NCBI GenBank assembly: GCA_048549915.1
Contig: JBLYYE010000010.1
Span: 68,543-132,542, forward strand
Source of the DNA: Porticoccaceae bacterium
Lineage (GTDB): Bacteria; Pseudomonadota; Gammaproteobacteria; Pseudomonadales; Porticoccaceae
DNA length: 64,000 bases
Direction: 5' to 3'
Part shown: positions 1-9,928 of the stretch, piece after piece
Numbering within the stretch: position 1 is the first letter of the stretch
Layout of the letters: every line of letters begins with the position of its first letter
The notes under the pieces: model-generated
Database searches by the model: none
Seen by the model: the letters and a program-made list of their open reading frames with translations, nothing else
What the model was told of the DNA's origin: nothing
Translations under genes and position numbers: made by a program

Positions 1-523
1 GGACACCGTGGCGATGGGCGATCTCCGCCAATTTGGCGATATCAACAACGTTGCCTGCGGGATTGCCGATAGACTCACAAAAGAGCAGCTTAGTTTTGTC
101 ATCAATCAAAGATTCGAGCTTGGCGTAGTCGTCACAACCGGCTAAACGCACATCAATACCCTGGTTGGGCAGGGAGTGAGCAAACAGATTATAAGTGCCG
201 CCGTAGAGTTGGCTGGTGCTGACAATGTTGTCGCCAACCGAGGCCAAAGTCTGCACGGTGTAAGTGATGGCTGCCATACCCGAGGCTAACGCCAACGCAC
301 CGATACCGCCTTCAAGCGCAGCTATACGCGCCTCGAGTACGGCGCAGGTAGGGTTCATAATACGCGAGTAGATATTGCCGGGGACTTTCAGATCAAAAAG
401 ATCCGCGCCATGCTGAGTATTGTCGAAGGTGAACGAGGTGGTCTGATAAATAGGCGCGGTCGCCGCGTTGGTCGCAGGGTCGCCGTCGTAGCCTACGTGC
501 AAAGCGATAGTCTCAGGTTTCAT
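1..523 (-). CDS. metY: O-acetylhomoserine sulfhydrylase (PLP-dependent Cys/Met metabolism family). N-terminal part only; the rest lies beyond the window start.
   Basis: Not in the ORF track because it runs off the edge. My translation of the reverse strand from the ATG at 523-521 gives MKPETIALHVGYDGDPATNAATAPIYQTTSFTFDNTQHGADLFDLKVPGNIYSRIMNPT..., a typical MetY/Met17 N-terminus. Confidence 0.8.
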   Translation of the reverse strand, partial: MKPETIALHVGYDGDPATNAATAPIYQTTSFTFDNTQHGADLFDLKVPGNIYSRIMNPTCAVLEARIAALEGGIGALALASGMAAITYTVQTLASVGDNIVSTSQLYGGTYNLFAHSLPNQGIDVRLAGCDDYAKLESLIDDKTKLLFCESIGNPAGNVVDIAKLAEIAHRHGV

Positions 524-640
524 AGCTCTCTCCAGATTCATTTCAGTAATAAAATTTAGCCAGATAGTAAACAATTAATCGGCACTCGGCCATACACTCG
601 CTAGAATAGCTCAAGCACTTTGTTTATCAGCGGTAAATTT

Positions 641-1072
641 ATGCAAGCTCTTATCCAGCGCGTCAGCCATGCCAGCGTCACTATAGGCGATACCACCACC
701 GCCACAATCGGCCGCGGTTTGCTACTTCTTTTGGGGATTGAAAAAACTGACGACAAAGCGGTCGCCGAGAAAACTCTGCAGCGGATCCTCGATTACCGTG
801 TCTTCAGTGACCCCGAGGGCAAGATGAACTTATCGCTGCGCGATATCGCTGGCGAGCTATTGGTGGTCTCGCAATTTACCCTCGCCGCCGACACACGCAA
901 AGGGCGCCGGCCAAGCTTTGCCAGCGCTATGCCACCGGCAGAAGCCGAGCAGCTCTACCGCTATTTTTTAGCACTGGCCGCAGACAGCGATGTGGCAACT
1001 CAAGCGGGCGAGTTTAGCGCCGACATGCAGATCAACCTGTGCAATGACGGCCCAGTTACTTTTTTACTGTAA
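641..1072 (+). CDS. dtd: D-aminoacyl-tRNA (D-Tyr-tRNA) deacylase
   Basis: ORF 620..1072. The ATG at 641 gives MQALIQRVSHASV... The protein contains SQFTL and ends NDGPVTFLL, which are Dtd hallmarks. Length is about 143 aa. Confidence 0.9.
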   Translation: MQALIQRVSHASVTIGDTTTATIGRGLLLLLGIEKTDDKAVAEKTLQRILDYRVFSDPEGKMNLSLRDIAGELLVVSQFTLAADTRKGRRPSFASAMPPAEAEQLYRYFLALAADSDVATQAGEFSADMQINLCNDGPVTFLL

Positions 1073-2422
1073 ACAGCCTGCCAAACTGGCCGGCAAACCG
1101 GCAAAGCCACCATTGCTCATCACTACGACATGCCCGCCCTGCTCGGCCCAAGCTGCGATGCCTGTAGTGAGTTCGGCCATGTCGCTGTAAACCGGCTGAT
1201 CTGGCTGCACCGCGGCGGCCAAATCAAAATCGACGCCGCTGTTTTGAAACCAAAATACATCATCTGCCGCCAGTGCTGAGTGCCCCAAACGGGCACCGTG
1301 GACACCGGCGCGCATAGTCGCAGAGCGCGGCTCAATAACAGCCAAAATGCGCTCGTGGCCGACTTGGGCACGCAACCCCTGCAAAGTTGTAGCGATCGCT
1401 GTCGGGTGGTGGGCAAAATCGTCATAAACAGTGATATTCGCTGTTTTAGACACTACCTCCATACGCCGTTTAACCCCGGCAAAAACACTCAGGGCTTGGG
1501 CTGCAACCATTAATTCAACACCCACTTGCGCCGCTGCGGCTGCGGCCGCCAACGCATTGGCCATGTTGTGCTGGCCTGTCAGTGTCCACTGGACGTGCGC
1601 CGCTTGATCTGCACAACAGAGGGTAAACTGAGTGCCGTCGGCACTGGCATCACGCACACACCAGTCTCCGCTGGCGTCTGCTAAACCAGCGCATCCGCCC
1701 AGGGTTATCTGCCGGCTCCAGCAACCCATCGCCAACACCTCGTTAAGCGGCTCGACAGCAGGCGGATAAATCACCTGGCCAGTGGCCGGCACGGTGCGAA
1801 TAAAATGATGAAACTGGCGTTGAATAGCGGCCAAATCGGGAAAGATATCGGCGTGGTCGTACTCGAGATTGTTGAGAACCGCAGTGCTCGCCCGATAGTG
1901 GACAAACTTAGAGCGCTTGTCGAAAAAAGCGCTGTCGTACTCGTCCGCCTCGACGACAAATAATTTGCCCCCGCCAAGGCGCGCTGACTGGCTGAAGTTA
2001 CTTGGCACACCGCCAATCAGGTAACCCGGTTCGCGGCCGGCAAACTCTAATATCCAAGTCAGCAAGCTAGCGGTCGTGGTCTTGCCATGAGTGCCCGCCA
2101 CCGCGAGGACGTGGCGGCCGGCCAATATTTGCTCACCTAACCACTGTGGTCCAGAGATGTACGGCAGTCGTCGTTCGAGCACAGCTTCTACCGCGGGGTT
2201 GCCACGCGACATGGCATTGCCAATAATCACTAAGTCTGGAGCCGGTTCCAACTGAGCGGGGTCGAATCCTTCAATGAGTTCAATGCCGGCCTGTTGCAGC
2301 TGCGTACTCATCGGCGGATAGACATTTTGGTCGCTGCCCGTCACTCGGTGACCCGCGGCTACGGCGAGTTGCGCCAGGCTGCCCATGAAGGTGCCACAGA
2401 TGCCCAAAATATGAATATGCAT
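1064..2422 (-). CDS. mpl: UDP-N-acetylmuramate:L-alanyl-gamma-D-glutamyl-meso-DAP ligase (murein peptide ligase)
   Basis: 452 aa. It starts MHIHILGICGTFMGSLA, has the GTHGKTTT P-loop, and shows Mur-ligase architecture with an Mpl-type N-terminus. Confidence 0.9.
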   Translation of the reverse strand: MHIHILGICGTFMGSLAQLAVAAGHRVTGSDQNVYPPMSTQLQQAGIELIEGFDPAQLEPAPDLVIIGNAMSRGNPAVEAVLERRLPYISGPQWLGEQILAGRHVLAVAGTHGKTTTASLLTWILEFAGREPGYLIGGVPSNFSQSARLGGGKLFVVEADEYDSAFFDKRSKFVHYRASTAVLNNLEYDHADIFPDLAAIQRQFHHFIRTVPATGQVIYPPAVEPLNEVLAMGCWSRQITLGGCAGLADASGDWCVRDASADGTQFTLCCADQAAHVQWTLTGQHNMANALAAAAAAAQVGVELMVAAQALSVFAGVKRRMEVVSKTANITVYDDFAHHPTAIATTLQGLRAQVGHERILAVIEPRSATMRAGVHGARLGHSALAADDVFWFQNSGVDFDLAAAVQPDQPVYSDMAELTTGIAAWAEQGGHVVVMSNGGFAGLPASLAGCLQ

Positions 2423-2541
2423 AGCGTTATCGGCGCCCTCAATAATAAGTATGCAATTATCCCACCGGCCGGAGCTAATGCAATAGCGGCGCTATTGAAC
2501 TAAAATTGCATTTTAAATTTACGCTCTTACAAGGAAGCCCC

Positions 2542-3804
2542 ATGGCCAAAATGAATGCGTTTTACGCTCAATCAGGTGGTGTTACCGCCGTTATTAACGC
2601 ATCGGCCGCCGGGGTGATTGAAGCCGCCCGGGAGCACAAAGACAAAATTGGCAAGGTCTACGCTGGCCTCAACGGCATAGTCGGCGCGCTGCAAGAAGAG
2701 CTCATCGACACCAGCAAAGAGAGTGTCAGCACCATTAAAGCGTTGCGCCACACCCCCTCTGGTGCATTTGGTTCGTGCCGCTACAAGCTCAAGGGTTTTG
2801 ACGAAAACCAAGCGGAGTACGAACGTCTTATCGATGTCTTTCGCGCCCACAATATCGGCTACTTTTTCTACAACGGCGGCGGTGATTCGGCAGATACTTG
2901 TTTAAAAGTAGCGCAGATGTCACACAAGATGGGGTTCCCCATCCAAGCCATCCATATCCCCAAGACCGTCGACAACGATCTGCCGTTTACCGATTGCAGC
3001 CCGGGCTTTGGCTCGGTAGCCAAGTATGTCGCCGTCTCCACCAAAGAGGCGAGCATGGATGTCGCATCGATGGCGCGCTCGTCGACCAAAGTATTTATTT
3101 TGGAAGTGATGGGGCGTCACGCCGGTTGGATTGCCGCGGCTAGCGCACTGGCTGCTGAACAGGCGGGGGATCCGCCCCATATTATTCTGCTCCCCGAGGT
3201 ACCGTTTGAACGCGACCGATTTATCGCCGAAGTCGAACGCTGCGTTAACGAGCACGGCTACTGTGTCATTGTCGCCTCGGAAGGGGCGCAGTATAAGGAT
3301 GGCGCCATGCTGGCCGGCTCTATTCACAAAGACGCCTTCGGCCACCAACAACTGGGCGGAGTGGCGCCGACGCTGGCGAGCATGATCAAAAAGGCACTCG
3401 GTTACAAATATCACTGGGCACTGGCCGACTATCTGCAGCGCGCTGCTCGCCATATCGCCTCTAAAACTGATGTCGAGCAAGCCTATGCTGTCGGCCGCGC
3501 GGCGGTTGATAAGGCGCTGGCCGGAAAACATTCGATCATGGTCACTATTGAGCGCAAAGAGAGCGCTCGCTACGGCTGGACAATTGGCGAGGCGCCGTTG
3601 GATAAGGTCGCCAACGTCGAGAAAAAAATGCCGCGCAGTTTTATCAGCAAAGATGGCTACGGCATCACAGCCAAAGGTCGCGCCTACCTAGCCCCGCTCA
3701 TTGAAGGTGAGGACTACCCGCCCTACAAAAACGGCATACCTCAATACGCCCGCTTGAAAAAAGTCATGGCCAATAAAAAACTGGATGAAACCTTTGAGGT
3801 GTAG
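2542..3804 (+). CDS. 6-phosphofructokinase family enzyme, likely of the PPi-dependent type
   Basis: ORF 2506..3804, with the likely start at ATG 2542 (MAKMNAFYAQSGGVTAVINAS). PFK motifs PKTVDNDL and MGRHAGW are present. At about 420 aa it resembles the PPi-PFK group. Confidence 0.8.
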   Translation: MAKMNAFYAQSGGVTAVINASAAGVIEAAREHKDKIGKVYAGLNGIVGALQEELIDTSKESVSTIKALRHTPSGAFGSCRYKLKGFDENQAEYERLIDVFRAHNIGYFFYNGGGDSADTCLKVAQMSHKMGFPIQAIHIPKTVDNDLPFTDCSPGFGSVAKYVAVSTKEASMDVASMARSSTKVFILEVMGRHAGWIAAASALAAEQAGDPPHIILLPEVPFERDRFIAEVERCVNEHGYCVIVASEGAQYKDGAMLAGSIHKDAFGHQQLGGVAPTLASMIKKALGYKYHWALADYLQRAARHIASKTDVEQAYAVGRAAVDKALAGKHSIMVTIERKESARYGWTIGEAPLDKVANVEKKMPRSFISKDGYGITAKGRAYLAPLIEGEDYPPYKNGIPQYARLKKVMANKKLDETFEV

Positions 3805-3891
3805 TGAAAAATTCTCCTGCGCACCCCTGTAGAGAGCCCAACTAGCCTATAATATCAGCCCAATTTTTGTGGCTGCTAAGGTAGGTCAAAT

Positions 3892-6417
3892 ATGCCCTCA
3901 CTGTTCACACGACTGATGCAATCTACCGTGCTGCGCTATCCGCGCAGCGCCCTGATAGCGGTGGCTACACTGACTGTGGCTATGGCGATTGGACTGGGCA
4001 ACTTTAAAATCGATGCCTCGGCAGACTCGCTCACTCTCGAACACGATGATGCGCTCAACTATTACCGAGAAGTGGCAGGCCGCTACGGCAGCAGCGACTT
4101 TTTAGTCGTCACTTTTGAGCCCAAACAGGGCGATCTGTTTGACGATGCAAACTTGTCGTTATTGGGCGAACTGCGCGATGAACTGGCCGCTATTAGCGGT
4201 GTCGAGCAAGTGGTATCGATCCTCGACCTGCCGCTGTTGTTTAGCCCCAAAGTGTCGGTCGGAGATTTGAGCGAACCGCTCAACACCCTGCTCAGTGATG
4301 GCGTTGTTCGCAGTGAAGCGCGCGACGAGTTTCTCACCAGCCCACTCTACCGAAATTTAATTCTCTCCCCCGATGGCACGACCACCGGTGTGCTTGCCAC
4401 ACTCTCGCTAGACAGCCGTTACCTTGAGCTGGTGGGGCTGCGCGACGGGCTGCGCCTAAAACGCGACACCCAAGGGCTAACCGGCGCCGAGATGGCCGAA
4501 TTAGAACGAGTGAGCACTGAATTTCTCGACTACCGCACCGCTAAAGCTGAGCGCGATAAACAGCGAGTCGCCCAAGTGCGCGCCATGATGGCTCCCTACA
4601 GCGATAGCGCCACTATCTATCTCGGCGGCCCCGACATGATCACCGCTGATATGATCGATTTTATTCGCAGTGATCTAGTGGTATTTGGCAGCGGCATCTT
4701 GGCGTTTATCGTACTGACTATGGCGGCCATCTTCCGTCGCTGGCGGTGGATAATCCTACCGTTGGCGACCTGTACAGTAACGCTGGTCTCAATGCTCGGG
4801 TTCCTGGCTTGGATAGATTGGCGGCTCACCGTTATCTCCTCCAACTTTGTCTCGCTGCTGCTGATTATCACTCTTGCCCTTACCATCCACCTAGTGGTGC
4901 GGTACCGAGAGCTGCACCGCGCCAACAGCGGTTGGGATCAGCTGCAACTGGTGTCAGCTACCGTAGGGTCGATGGCGCTGCCGTGCCTGTATACGGTCCT
5001 CACCACCATTGTCGCTTTCGCGTCACTGGTTGTCAGTGATATTCGCCCGGTCATCGACTTTGGCTGGATGATGACTATCGGCATTGCACTGGCACTGCTG
5101 CTGACATTCGTCGTCATGCCCGCCGGCATGATGCTTTTGCCCCGCGAAGCCGATATAGATGACAGTGACAACTCGGCATCGGTAACGCTGCGCTTTGCCC
5201 GCTTTACTGAAAAACGCGGCAATTGGGTGCTGCTAATTTCGGCACTGCTCGCCGCCCTGGCTGGTTTGGGTATTGGCCAGTTGCAAGTTGAGAACCGTTT
5301 TATCGATTATTTCCGCAGCGATACCGAGATTTATCGCGGCATGGAGGTAATCGACTCGGCGCTCGGAGGTACTACGCCACTGGATATTGTGATCCAGGCT
5401 CCCAGCTTTACACAGATTACCGCAGATGATCAGAGCGAAGATCCATTTGGTGAAGACCCGTTTGGTGAAGACCCGTTTGGTGAAGATCCGTTCGCCGAAT
5501 CGAACAGCGAACCACAACTCATTGATACCTACTGGTTCACCCGCGCCGGGCTCGCCGATTTAGACAAGCTGCACACGTTCCTCGAGAGCCAACCTGAGAT
5601 TGGCGTAGTCTCCTCGCTGGCGACTTTGAAGCGCGTTGTCGAATCACTGCTCGGACAACAGCTCAATGACTTTGAAATCGCCTTTATGCGCAAAAGCCTG
5701 AGCCCAGATATCTACCAGCAAATCGTCGCTCCTTATCTTATCGAAGAGCGCAACGAGGCGCGTATACAGCTGCGCGCCATGGAGACCCAAGGTCAACTGA
5801 AACGGGCCGAGCTGCTGGCGCGTATCGATCAGTTCATTGTTGAGGAGCTGGGCTACCGCAACAACGAGGCGCAATTTACTGGCCTGCTTGTACTCTACAA
5901 CAACATGCTGCAAAGCCTGTTCAAGTCACAAATTCTCACTCTTGGCGCTGTGTTTATTGGCATCGTTGCGATGTTCATTGTGTTGTTCCGCTCGCTGTCG
6001 ATTTCACTGATTGCAATTGTCCCCAACTTCTTAGCTGCCGGCATTGTACTCGGCGGCATGGGGCTGGCGCGTATCCCGCTGGATATGATGACGATCACCA
6101 TTGCTGCCATTACTGTAGGGATTGGCGTCGATCACGCCATCCATTACATCACCCGCTTCAAACGCGAGTTTGCAGTCGACAATAACTACGTAGCGACTAT
6201 GTATCGCGCCCATGCCAGCATCGGTAGAGCGCTGTTCTACACCGCCATCACGATAATTATCGGCTTCTCTATTTTGGCGTTTTCTAATTTTATCCCGTCG
6301 ATCTACTTCGGTCTTCTCACTGGGCTGGCGATGATTGCAGCACTATTTGGTTCAATGACGCTGCTGCCCAGACTCCTTATTCTCTTTAAGCCTTTTGGCC
6401 CAGGAAATCGCTCTTAA
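3892..6417 (+). CDS. RND/MMPL-superfamily exporter (predicted 12-TM, two large periplasmic loops)
   Basis: 841 aa. There are two hydrophobic blocks (about residues 250-420 and 690-830), each preceded by a large soluble domain. The family call is by architecture only. Confidence 0.7.
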   Translation: MPSLFTRLMQSTVLRYPRSALIAVATLTVAMAIGLGNFKIDASADSLTLEHDDALNYYREVAGRYGSSDFLVVTFEPKQGDLFDDANLSLLGELRDELAAISGVEQVVSILDLPLLFSPKVSVGDLSEPLNTLLSDGVVRSEARDEFLTSPLYRNLILSPDGTTTGVLATLSLDSRYLELVGLRDGLRLKRDTQGLTGAEMAELERVSTEFLDYRTAKAERDKQRVAQVRAMMAPYSDSATIYLGGPDMITADMIDFIRSDLVVFGSGILAFIVLTMAAIFRRWRWIILPLATCTVTLVSMLGFLAWIDWRLTVISSNFVSLLLIITLALTIHLVVRYRELHRANSGWDQLQLVSATVGSMALPCLYTVLTTIVAFASLVVSDIRPVIDFGWMMTIGIALALLLTFVVMPAGMMLLPREADIDDSDNSASVTLRFARFTEKRGNWVLLISALLAALAGLGIGQLQVENRFIDYFRSDTEIYRGMEVIDSALGGTTPLDIVIQAPSFTQITADDQSEDPFGEDPFGEDPFGEDPFAESNSEPQLIDTYWFTRAGLADLDKLHTFLESQPEIGVVSSLATLKRVVESLLGQQLNDFEIAFMRKSLSPDIYQQIVAPYLIEERNEARIQLRAMETQGQLKRAELLARIDQFIVEELGYRNNEAQFTGLLVLYNNMLQSLFKSQILTLGAVFIGIVAMFIVLFRSLSISLIAIVPNFLAAGIVLGGMGLARIPLDMMTITIAAITVGIGVDHAIHYITRFKREFAVDNNYVATMYRAHASIGRALFYTAITIIIGFSILAFSNFIPSIYFGLLTGLAMIAALFGSMTLLPRLLILFKPFGPGNRS
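5437..5496 (+). repeat. In-frame tandem repeat of 4 x 15 bp inside the RND exporter, encoding (EDPFG)x3 + EDPFA
   Basis: The units gaagatccatttggt / gaagacccgtttggt / gaagacccgtttggt / gaagatccgttcgcc were read directly from the sequence. Confidence 0.95.
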
Positions 6418-8319
6418 ATGTCTCTTCTCAATCTCAACGATGTCACTATCAGTTATGGCCAACCACCGCTTATCGACGGTATTACCTTGTCAATTGAGCG
6501 CGGCGAACGGGTCTGCCTAATCGGCCGCAACGGCGCCGGCAAGTCGACTCTACTCAAAGTCATTGTTGGCCAGATACAACCGGATGAGGGCGTGCGCAAA
6601 GTTGAAGAGGGGCTGGTTGTCGCACAGCTTGAACAGCAGGTACCCATCGGCTTAACCGGTTCGGTTTTTGATGTGATTGCCGCCGGGCTCGGCGAGCAGG
6701 GCGAACTGCTCAAACGCTACCATACCCTCACCCACGCTATGGCTGAGGGTGATTTTAGTGACGCCACTATGGCTGCTCTTGAGCGCTGCCAAAGTGCCCT
6801 AGATGACTGTGACGGCTGGGATACCAACCAACGCGTTGAGTCTATTATTACTAAAATGGAGCTCGACGCCGAGGCGGATATCGATGCACTCTCCGGCGGC
6901 TACAAGCGCCGCGTGCTGCTGGCGCGCGCATTGGTACGCAACCCCGATCTGCTCTTATTGGATGAGCCAACTAACCACTTAGACATTGAGGCGATTGGCT
7001 GGATCGAACAATTTTTACTCAACTGGCACGGGTCGCTGCTGTTTATCAGCCACGATCGCCAGTTCATGGAAAATCTCGCCACTCGCTTCATCGAGATAGA
7101 TAGAGGCCAGTTGCGGCAGTTTGATTGCAACTACGCCACCTACTTAGTGCGCAAAGAGGAGCAGCTCGAAACCGAAGCTAAGCAGCAAGCTCTGTTCGAT
7201 AAACGGTTATCTGAAGAGGAGCGCTGGATACGCCAAGGCATCAAAGCCCGCCGTACCCGCAACGAGGGCCGCGTGCGCGCCCTCGAAGAGATGCGCCGCG
7301 AACACGCCGAACGCCGCAAGGTAACCGGCTCGGCCAAAATGGCCATTCAGGATGGCAGCCGCTCCGGCAAGTTGGTCAGTGAAGTTAACGACATCACCAT
7401 CAAGTTTGGCGACAAAATCATTGCCGATGGCTTCTCCACGCTGATTCAGCGCGGCGATAAAATTGGTCTCATAGGCCGCAACGGCGTGGGCAAAACTACA
7501 CTGCTCAAAGCTATCTTGGGGGAGCTCACCCCCAGTAGTGGTTCGGTTCGCACTGGTCACAATTTACAGATCGCTTACTTTGACCAGTACCGCGCTGCAC
7601 TAGATGAAGAGCGCAGCGTCCAGGACAGCGTTGCCGATGGCCGCGACATGCTCGATATCGGTGGCAAACAGCGCCATGTCATCAGCTATCTACAAGATTT
7701 TCTCTTCGATCCCAAACGCTGTCGCCAGCCGGTAAGTGCACTCTCTGGCGGTGAGCGCAACCGCTTGCTGCTCGCCAAGCTGTTCGCTCAGCCATCTAAC
7801 TTACTGGTGCTCGATGAACCGACCAACGATTTAGATATCGACACGCTCGACCTGCTCGAGGAGCTACTAATCAACTACCCCGGCACACTTCTTTTAGTCA
7901 GCCACGATCGCGCCTTTATCAACAATGTTGTCACCAGCAGTATCGTCTTTGAGGGCACTGCCGAACAGCCGGGTCTGATCAATGAGTATGTGGGCGGCTA
8001 TGACGACTGGCTGCGACAACGAGATTACGCATCAGCCGCTACTGCTGTGCCAACAGAAAAAAAGAAGCCAGCGGTGACTGCAGCTGCGGCGCAAACCAAG
8101 CCGACCAAGCGCTCTTACAAAGAACAGCGTGAGCTAGACAGTTTGCCGCAAGAGATAGAGCAAGCGGAGACGCTGATTGAGCAGCTCGGCGAAACGATGT
8201 CGAGCAGTGATTTCTACCAACAACCACGGGAAAAAATTACCGATATCGAAGCTCAACTCAGCGCCGCTCAAGCCAAACTGGACGCGCTCTTTCAACGTTG
8301 GAGTGAGCTCGAGCCTTGA
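6418..8319 (+). CDS. uup: ABC-F family ATPase Uup
   Basis: 633 aa. It has two ABC cassettes (Walker A GRNGAGKST and GRNGVGKTT; signatures LSGGYKRR and LSGGERNR) and a C-terminal coiled coil. The ATG directly abuts the TAA of the upstream gene. Confidence 0.85.
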   Translation: MSLLNLNDVTISYGQPPLIDGITLSIERGERVCLIGRNGAGKSTLLKVIVGQIQPDEGVRKVEEGLVVAQLEQQVPIGLTGSVFDVIAAGLGEQGELLKRYHTLTHAMAEGDFSDATMAALERCQSALDDCDGWDTNQRVESIITKMELDAEADIDALSGGYKRRVLLARALVRNPDLLLLDEPTNHLDIEAIGWIEQFLLNWHGSLLFISHDRQFMENLATRFIEIDRGQLRQFDCNYATYLVRKEEQLETEAKQQALFDKRLSEEERWIRQGIKARRTRNEGRVRALEEMRREHAERRKVTGSAKMAIQDGSRSGKLVSEVNDITIKFGDKIIADGFSTLIQRGDKIGLIGRNGVGKTTLLKAILGELTPSSGSVRTGHNLQIAYFDQYRAALDEERSVQDSVADGRDMLDIGGKQRHVISYLQDFLFDPKRCRQPVSALSGGERNRLLLAKLFAQPSNLLVLDEPTNDLDIDTLDLLEELLINYPGTLLLVSHDRAFINNVVTSSIVFEGTAEQPGLINEYVGGYDDWLRQRDYASAATAVPTEKKKPAVTAAAAQTKPTKRSYKEQRELDSLPQEIEQAETLIEQLGETMSSSDFYQQPREKITDIEAQLSAAQAKLDALFQRWSELEP

Positions 8320-8381
8320 TCAAAACGCGACATCAATAAATTGCTGTTCTACACTTTAACGATTATTTTTTGGAGCTAAAA

Positions 8382-9926
8382 ATGTCTGAACACACTGCCA
8401 GCCCTACCGTTTTAATCATTCTCGATGGCTTTGGCCACCGCGAAGACAACGATAACAACGCCATTGCCAATGCTCATGCCCCTTTTTGGCAGTCACTGTG
8501 GGCAGAGTGTCCTCGCACCACCATCGCCACGTCAGGCATGGCGGTTGGCCTTCCCGAAGGGCAGATGGGCAATTCAGAGGTGGGCCATATGACCCTAGGC
8601 GCCGGGCGAGTGGTCTATCAGAATTTTACCCGCATCAACAAAGCCATTACCGATGGTGACTTTCAAACTAACTCGGTCTACTGCCATGCCATCGATACCG
8701 CGGTAGCTAACGATCGCGCTGTTCATGTTATGGGGCTGCTATCACCCGGCGGTGTCCACAGTCACGAGCAACACCTTCTGGCTATGATTGAGATGGCTGC
8801 TGCGCGCGGTGCGACAAAAATCTATCTGCACGCTTTTTTGGATGGCCGCGACTGCCCACCGCGCAGTGCTGAACCCAGCCTCAAAAAAGCTGAAGAGCTA
8901 TTTGCCAAGCTCGGCTGCGGGCGTATCGCATCGGTTTGCGGGCGCTTTTATGCAATGGATCGCGACAACCGTTGGGAGCGCGTCAGCCAAGCTTACCGTC
9001 TTCTCACACAAGGGCAGTGCGAGCAGCCGGCCAACAGTGCACAAGAGGCCTTAGAGAGCGCTTACCAGCGCAATGAGAACGACGAGTTCGTCGCCGCCAC
9101 CGCTATTTTAGACAGCCAAGGCAATTCCGCTTTTATTGAAGACGGCGATGCAGTCTTGTTTATGAACTTCCGACCCGATCGCGCCCGCCAGCTCGCCCAC
9201 TGCTTTACCGATGCTACTTTTTCCGGCTTTGAGCGCCCGGTAGTCCGCCAACTGAGCAGCTTTGTCCAGACCACTCAGTATGAAGACTCTATCCCCGCAC
9301 CGATTGCCTTCCCGCCCGAAGAGCTCATCAACAGCTTCGGTGAAGTATTGGCGAACAGCGGCAAACGCCAACTGCGTATCGCCGAGACAGAGAAGTACGC
9401 GCATGTCACGTTTTTCTTTAGCGGCGGCCAAGAGGCACTTTACCCGGGAGAAAAGCGAGAATTAATCGCTTCACCTCAAGTGGAAACTTACGATTTACAA
9501 CCAGAAATGAGCGCCCCTGAGGTGACTGAAAAATTAGTCGCAGCCATTCGCAGCGGTGACTTTGATGCGATTGTCTGCAACTACGCCAACTGTGATCAGG
9601 TCGGCCACACCGGCTCTTATCCGGCCGCTGTGAAGGCGGTAGAAGCCGTCGATGAAGCGCTGCGAGAAGTGATCAGCGCGCTGCGCGAAGTCGGTGGGCA
9701 AGCGCTGATTACCGCAGATCACGGTAATGTCGAGTCCATGTATGACGCTGAGAATGATCAGCCACATACACAACATACCACCCTGCCAGTGCCTCTGGTC
9801 TATGTGGGCCCTCGTCAACAGCCCCTGTCAGCGGGGGGCTCTCTCGCCGACATAGCACCGACGCTTCTCGATTTGATGGGTGTTGTTCAGCCCAGTGAGA
9901 TGAGCGGGCGCACCTTATTAGGCTAA
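8382..9926 (+). CDS. gpmI: 2,3-bisphosphoglycerate-independent phosphoglycerate mutase
   Basis: ORF 8370..9926, with the likely start at ATG 8382 ([22 protein letters not shown]). It contains GNSEVGH and ends ...ADHGN... Length is about 514 aa. Confidence 0.9.
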   Translation: MSEHTASPTVLIILDGFGHREDNDNNAIANAHAPFWQSLWAECPRTTIATSGMAVGLPEGQMGNSEVGHMTLGAGRVVYQNFTRINKAITDGDFQTNSVYCHAIDTAVANDRAVHVMGLLSPGGVHSHEQHLLAMIEMAAARGATKIYLHAFLDGRDCPPRSAEPSLKKAEELFAKLGCGRIASVCGRFYAMDRDNRWERVSQAYRLLTQGQCEQPANSAQEALESAYQRNENDEFVAATAILDSQGNSAFIEDGDAVLFMNFRPDRARQLAHCFTDATFSGFERPVVRQLSSFVQTTQYEDSIPAPIAFPPEELINSFGEVLANSGKRQLRIAETEKYAHVTFFFSGGQEALYPGEKRELIASPQVETYDLQPEMSAPEVTEKLVAAIRSGDFDAIVCNYANCDQVGHTGSYPAAVKAVEAVDEALREVISALREVGGQALITADHGNVESMYDAENDQPHTQHTTLPVPLVYVGPRQQPLSAGGSLADIAPTLLDLMGVVQPSEMSGRTLLG

Positions 9927-9928
9927 AC

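Noticed and set aside
5437-5496. The possibility that the 15-bp tandem repeat is a CRISPR or other non-coding array.
   Set aside because: The units are contiguous with no spacers, in frame, and inside a long ORF. It is a coding microsatellite-like repeat.
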